A stretch of DNA of 64,000 nucleotides from Candidatus Yonathbacteria bacterium RIFCSPHIGHO2_02_FULL_44_14 (GTDB lineage Bacteria; Patescibacteriota; Minisyncoccia; Phycocordibacterales; UBA1550). Where the stretch lies: NCBI GenBank assembly GCA_001823535.1, contig MHUT01000006.1:27631-91630 (forward strand), given 5' to 3'. Each line of letters opens with the position of its first letter. Positions within the stretch are counted from its first letter, which is position 1. The position numbers and the translations under genes are program-made. Below are positions 61,446-64,000 of the stretch, one piece after another. A model generated the notes under the pieces. The model searched no databases and had not been told where the DNA came from. It saw only the letters and a program-made list of their open reading frames with translations.

Positions 61446-62084
61446 TTATACCAAATCTGAATGTGTCATACGGAAAGCAACAAATATCAAGGAAAACAAA
61501 ATTCCAACAAGCCCAAAGAATTTCAGCGTATCACCGTATATAACCGCTTCGCTGGCATATGTAGAAATAATTGCAAAAGGGAGTTCTGAAAGAAAAGTGA
61601 TGGCTATGTAAGTTCCCGCAGGGTAACGAATAATGCCAAACGCGTACCCAAGCTCTGCTGGAAGCGCAATACGTAAAAGTAACGCAGTAGTAAAAGTCGT
61701 GCGCTTTTTGACCACGTTGCTCCAATCATCAAGTTTCTCTGTTGATACGAAATAAGAAACAGCCTTATACCCAAAATAGCGTCCAATAAGGTATGCAGTT
61801 ATGTCGCCAATGAACCATCCACAAAGTAAAAATATTATTGTAGGAACAGGCCCCCAAATTACGGTAGCTATCGGTACGAGTGGAATGTTTGTCAGCGGAC
61901 TAATAAGGGCAGCGAGTGCTGATGTCAGCACAAACACAAGAATCGCGAGGAGTTGATTTTGTACTGCGAGCTCATTTAAGTAATCCGCTATTGTGTAAAA
62001 TGTACCTTGTAGAACGCTTGAATACCAAAACAAAAAAGCAATTACTATTGCAATGCATAAGAAAAGAATGAGACGTTTGTTCAT
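61446..62084 (-). CDS. TVP38/TMEM64 (VTT/DedA-like) membrane protein
   Basis: Polytopic, G...AY.IGR.FG, LLRI. Confidence 0.8.
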   Translation of the reverse strand: MNKRLILFLCIAIVIAFLFWYSSVLQGTFYTIADYLNELAVQNQLLAILVFVLTSALAALISPLTNIPLVPIATVIWGPVPTIIFLLCGWFIGDITAYLIGRYFGYKAVSYFVSTEKLDDWSNVVKKRTTFTTALLLRIALPAELGYAFGIIRYPAGTYIAITFLSELPFAIISTYASEAVIYGDTLKFFGLVGILFSLIFVAFRMTHSDLV

Positions 62085-62256
62085 AGAATAAGTATAGCAA
62101 GTATTACGCTCATTGGTGTCAAAACCTGTCTAAACTTTGTGGAAATCGTCTTTCGCTTCTTTTGGATTTCAAAAACTCATGGCGGATTTTCTCGAAAACC
62201 CCGTCGCGCCCTATTGCGACGCTCCGCATTTTGGCGAAAAAACGAATTCTACTTTG

Positions 62257-62330
62257 TGGCTGGGAGGCTTGGAATCGAACCAAGATTCTCGACTTCAAAG
62301 GTCGGTGTCCTACCATTAGACGATCTCCCA
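62257..62330 (-). tRNA. tRNA-Gln (TTG)
   Basis: TGGGAGATCGTCTAATGGTAGGACACCGACCTTTGAAGTCGAGAATCTTGGTTCGATTCCAAGCCTCCCAGCCA forms a cloverleaf with TTG anticodon and encoded CCA. Confidence 0.95.
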
Positions 62331-62480
62331 AGGTATTATTCAATTTTGCGTACATTTCTTGACTGTGCCAAAAGTATGGCCGAGGCCGCGATTCCGTCTT
62401 ATGTCTCTATGTGAGACATCGCGACGCGAACTTAAGCTTTTTTATAGTCGAACGCTTCGCTTGTAAAAAACTTAAGTTCG

Positions 62481-62501
62481 CCTACCATTAGACGATCTCC
62501 C
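62481..62501 (-). repeat. 21-bp duplication of tRNA-Gln 5' end
   Basis: CCTACCATTAGACGATCTCCC is identical to 62309-62329. Confidence 0.9.
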
Positions 62502-62556
62502 GATGTATTTATTTTTTACAATAATACTTGTGCACAATACACCAAAAAGCTCTCTT

Positions 62557-62608
62557 AGCCAAGTGTCATATATTCGTAGCCATGACTACGAATATATGAC
62601 ACTTGGCT
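62557..62608. repeat. Perfect 23-bp inverted repeat
   Basis: AGCCAAGTGTCATATATTCGTAG-CCATGA-CTACGAATATATGACACTTGGCT. Confidence 0.9.
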
Positions 62609-62649
62609 GTTTGATAAGCAAATCAAATGTAAGACTGGTAACAGTTGCA

Positions 62650-63684
62650 CTACTTTCCTGCTATCCGGAGCAAGGCCAGCTCAAGCGCGAGTCCAGGTAC
62701 AACTGCTACGCGCACACTCTCGTATGCACGGAGTAGTTCGGCAAGCTCCTTTGAAGTGAGGGTTTGAATCGCACTTTTTGCGAGATCCTCAATCAGTGCC
62801 ATATCTTCAGTTGGAAAATCCCCTATCATCTCCTTACGAGATGAAGCGACAAAGCGAAACATCATCACTGCGCGCATTTTACGAAGTAATAAATCAAGAA
62901 AAACTTTTTCTTCCACGCCACGTTCTATTGCGTTCGCAAGTGCTGAAAGCCCCCTTTCAACATCACGTGCAACAATTGCGCGAAGAAAATTATTTACCAG
63001 CCGGCTCTCGGGCGCGCCGGTAACCGCTTCAACTTCCTGCTGCGAAATCTTTTTATCAGATGACGATGCGATAACTTTTTGCAAAATTCCAAGCGTGTCA
63101 CGGAATGAGCCCTCGCCGAGTAGTGCAATGAGGTCGGACGATGCAGGTTCAAGCGCATAGCCTTCTTTTTTTGCAACAGCCTCAACGAGTGTCTTCAATG
63201 TTGTCTGCGAAGGTTTTTCAAAACGAAAACTCTGACAACGCGAAACAATTGTTTCAGGAATTTTATTTTCATCTGTCGTGGCAAGAATGAAGACCACATG
63301 ACGTGGCGGTTCTTCGAGAGTTTTCAAAAGTGCAGGAAATGCTTCGCGTGAAAGCATGTGTGCTTCGTCGATAATGTACACTTTGTATGGCGAGTGCATT
63401 GGCACCGTATGTACAGCATCGCGGAGCGCGCGAATGTCGTCAATGCCACGATTAGACGCAGCATCTATTTCATAAATATCGTCATCATGTGCACCGATAG
63501 CACGGGCAAAAATGCGCGCAATTGACGTCTTCCCCGTACCGCGCGAACCACAAAAAAGATACGCATGACCAATATTTCCTGCCTTAATGGCTCCTAAAAG
63601 CGTTTTTACCACTTGTTCCTGCCCTATTACCTCCTCAAAGGACTTTGGGCGGTATTTGGTATAAAGCGCGAGATTCGAGGACAT
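62650..63684 (-). CDS. dnaX: DNA polymerase III subunit gamma/tau (short)
   Basis: KYRP, GSRGTGKT, EIDAAS, IDEAH, LKTLEEPP, SRC. Confidence 0.95.
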   Translation of the reverse strand: MSSNLALYTKYRPKSFEEVIGQEQVVKTLLGAIKAGNIGHAYLFCGSRGTGKTSIARIFARAIGAHDDDIYEIDAASNRGIDDIRALRDAVHTVPMHSPYKVYIIDEAHMLSREAFPALLKTLEEPPRHVVFILATTDENKIPETIVSRCQSFRFEKPSQTTLKTLVEAVAKKEGYALEPASSDLIALLGEGSFRDTLGILQKVIASSSDKKISQQEVEAVTGAPESRLVNNFLRAIVARDVERGLSALANAIERGVEEKVFLDLLLRKMRAVMMFRFVASSRKEMIGDFPTEDMALIEDLAKSAIQTLTSKELAELLRAYESVRVAVVPGLALELALLRIAGK

Positions 63685-63710
63685 AGTGAAGATATTGTAT
63701 CATAAAGAAA

Positions 63711-63734
63711 AAACCCCGCGAAGTGCGGGGGTTT
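63711..63734 (-). terminator. Terminator
   Basis: AAACCCCGC..GCGGGGGTTT hairpin with a T-run on the minus strand. Confidence 0.6.
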
Positions 63735-63759
63735 AGGCGTTACGTTGATACTTGTTATT

Positions 63760-63948
63760 TTATTTATCGGATTTTGCGGACACATCTGTAATATCAGAAT
63801 GAAACGCAAAGGCACTCTGAAATGCCAACTCTGATATCCTTGGGCTGTTGAAGCTATTTGGCGGAACCTCTTCTCTCCATGAACCAGGAATAGCAGGTGT
63901 ATCCTCCCTCATTTCGGTTGCGGGTAATCCAACTTCTTCTTTCATCAT
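63760..63948 (-). CDS. Small hypothetical protein (62 aa)
   Basis: AGAGGAG SD before ATGATG, terminator downstream. Confidence 0.5.
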   Translation of the reverse strand: MMKEEVGLPATEMREDTPAIPGSWREEVPPNSFNSPRISELAFQSAFAFHSDITDVSAKSDK

Positions 63949-64000
63949 TTACTCCTCTATCGTGTTGTCTAAAGAAAGATTACCACGAAAATGATTAGAA

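Noticed and set aside
62257-62502. Intron-containing tRNA
   Set aside because: A complete uninterrupted tRNA is present, and the insert shows no recognisable group I/II core.

Overview
Chromosomal segment from a reduced-genome bacterium, most likely Patescibacteria/Parcubacteria (CPR), genetic code 11. This is inferred from gene content: archaeal-type AspRS, short DnaX, UvrC and MutY, a GT4-GH57-GH15-ROK glycogen-type cluster, and rplI. Most genes are housekeeping: trpS, aspS, gltX, cysS, scpAB, mraY-ftsW-murG, dnaB, recR, uvrABC, tgt, folA, folD, dnaX, tRNA-Gln. Gene orientation converges at about 12.7 kb, where there is an 11-6-11 dif-like site (12706-12733), so the window probably spans the replication terminus. 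Beside this site, two AT-rich gene cassettes are bounded by two copies of a 92-101 bp repeat. Each copy carries a perfect copy of one dif arm, a DnaA box, and a sharp end that supplies the same stop codon and C-terminal QAGKS-like tail (QAKGS) to two unrelated genes, one of which it truncates. This candidate dif/Xer-linked cassette array is the main finding. Other findings: short hairpin repeats inserted in-frame in cysS, uvrC, uvrA and tgt, a promoter- and terminator-bounded structured RNA at about 29.4-29.7 kb, a 161-bp MITE, a duplicated tRNA-Gln 5' end, and a leaderless versus Shine-Dalgarno split between core and accessory genes. All family assignments come from motif recognition by eye. 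No database searches were run.
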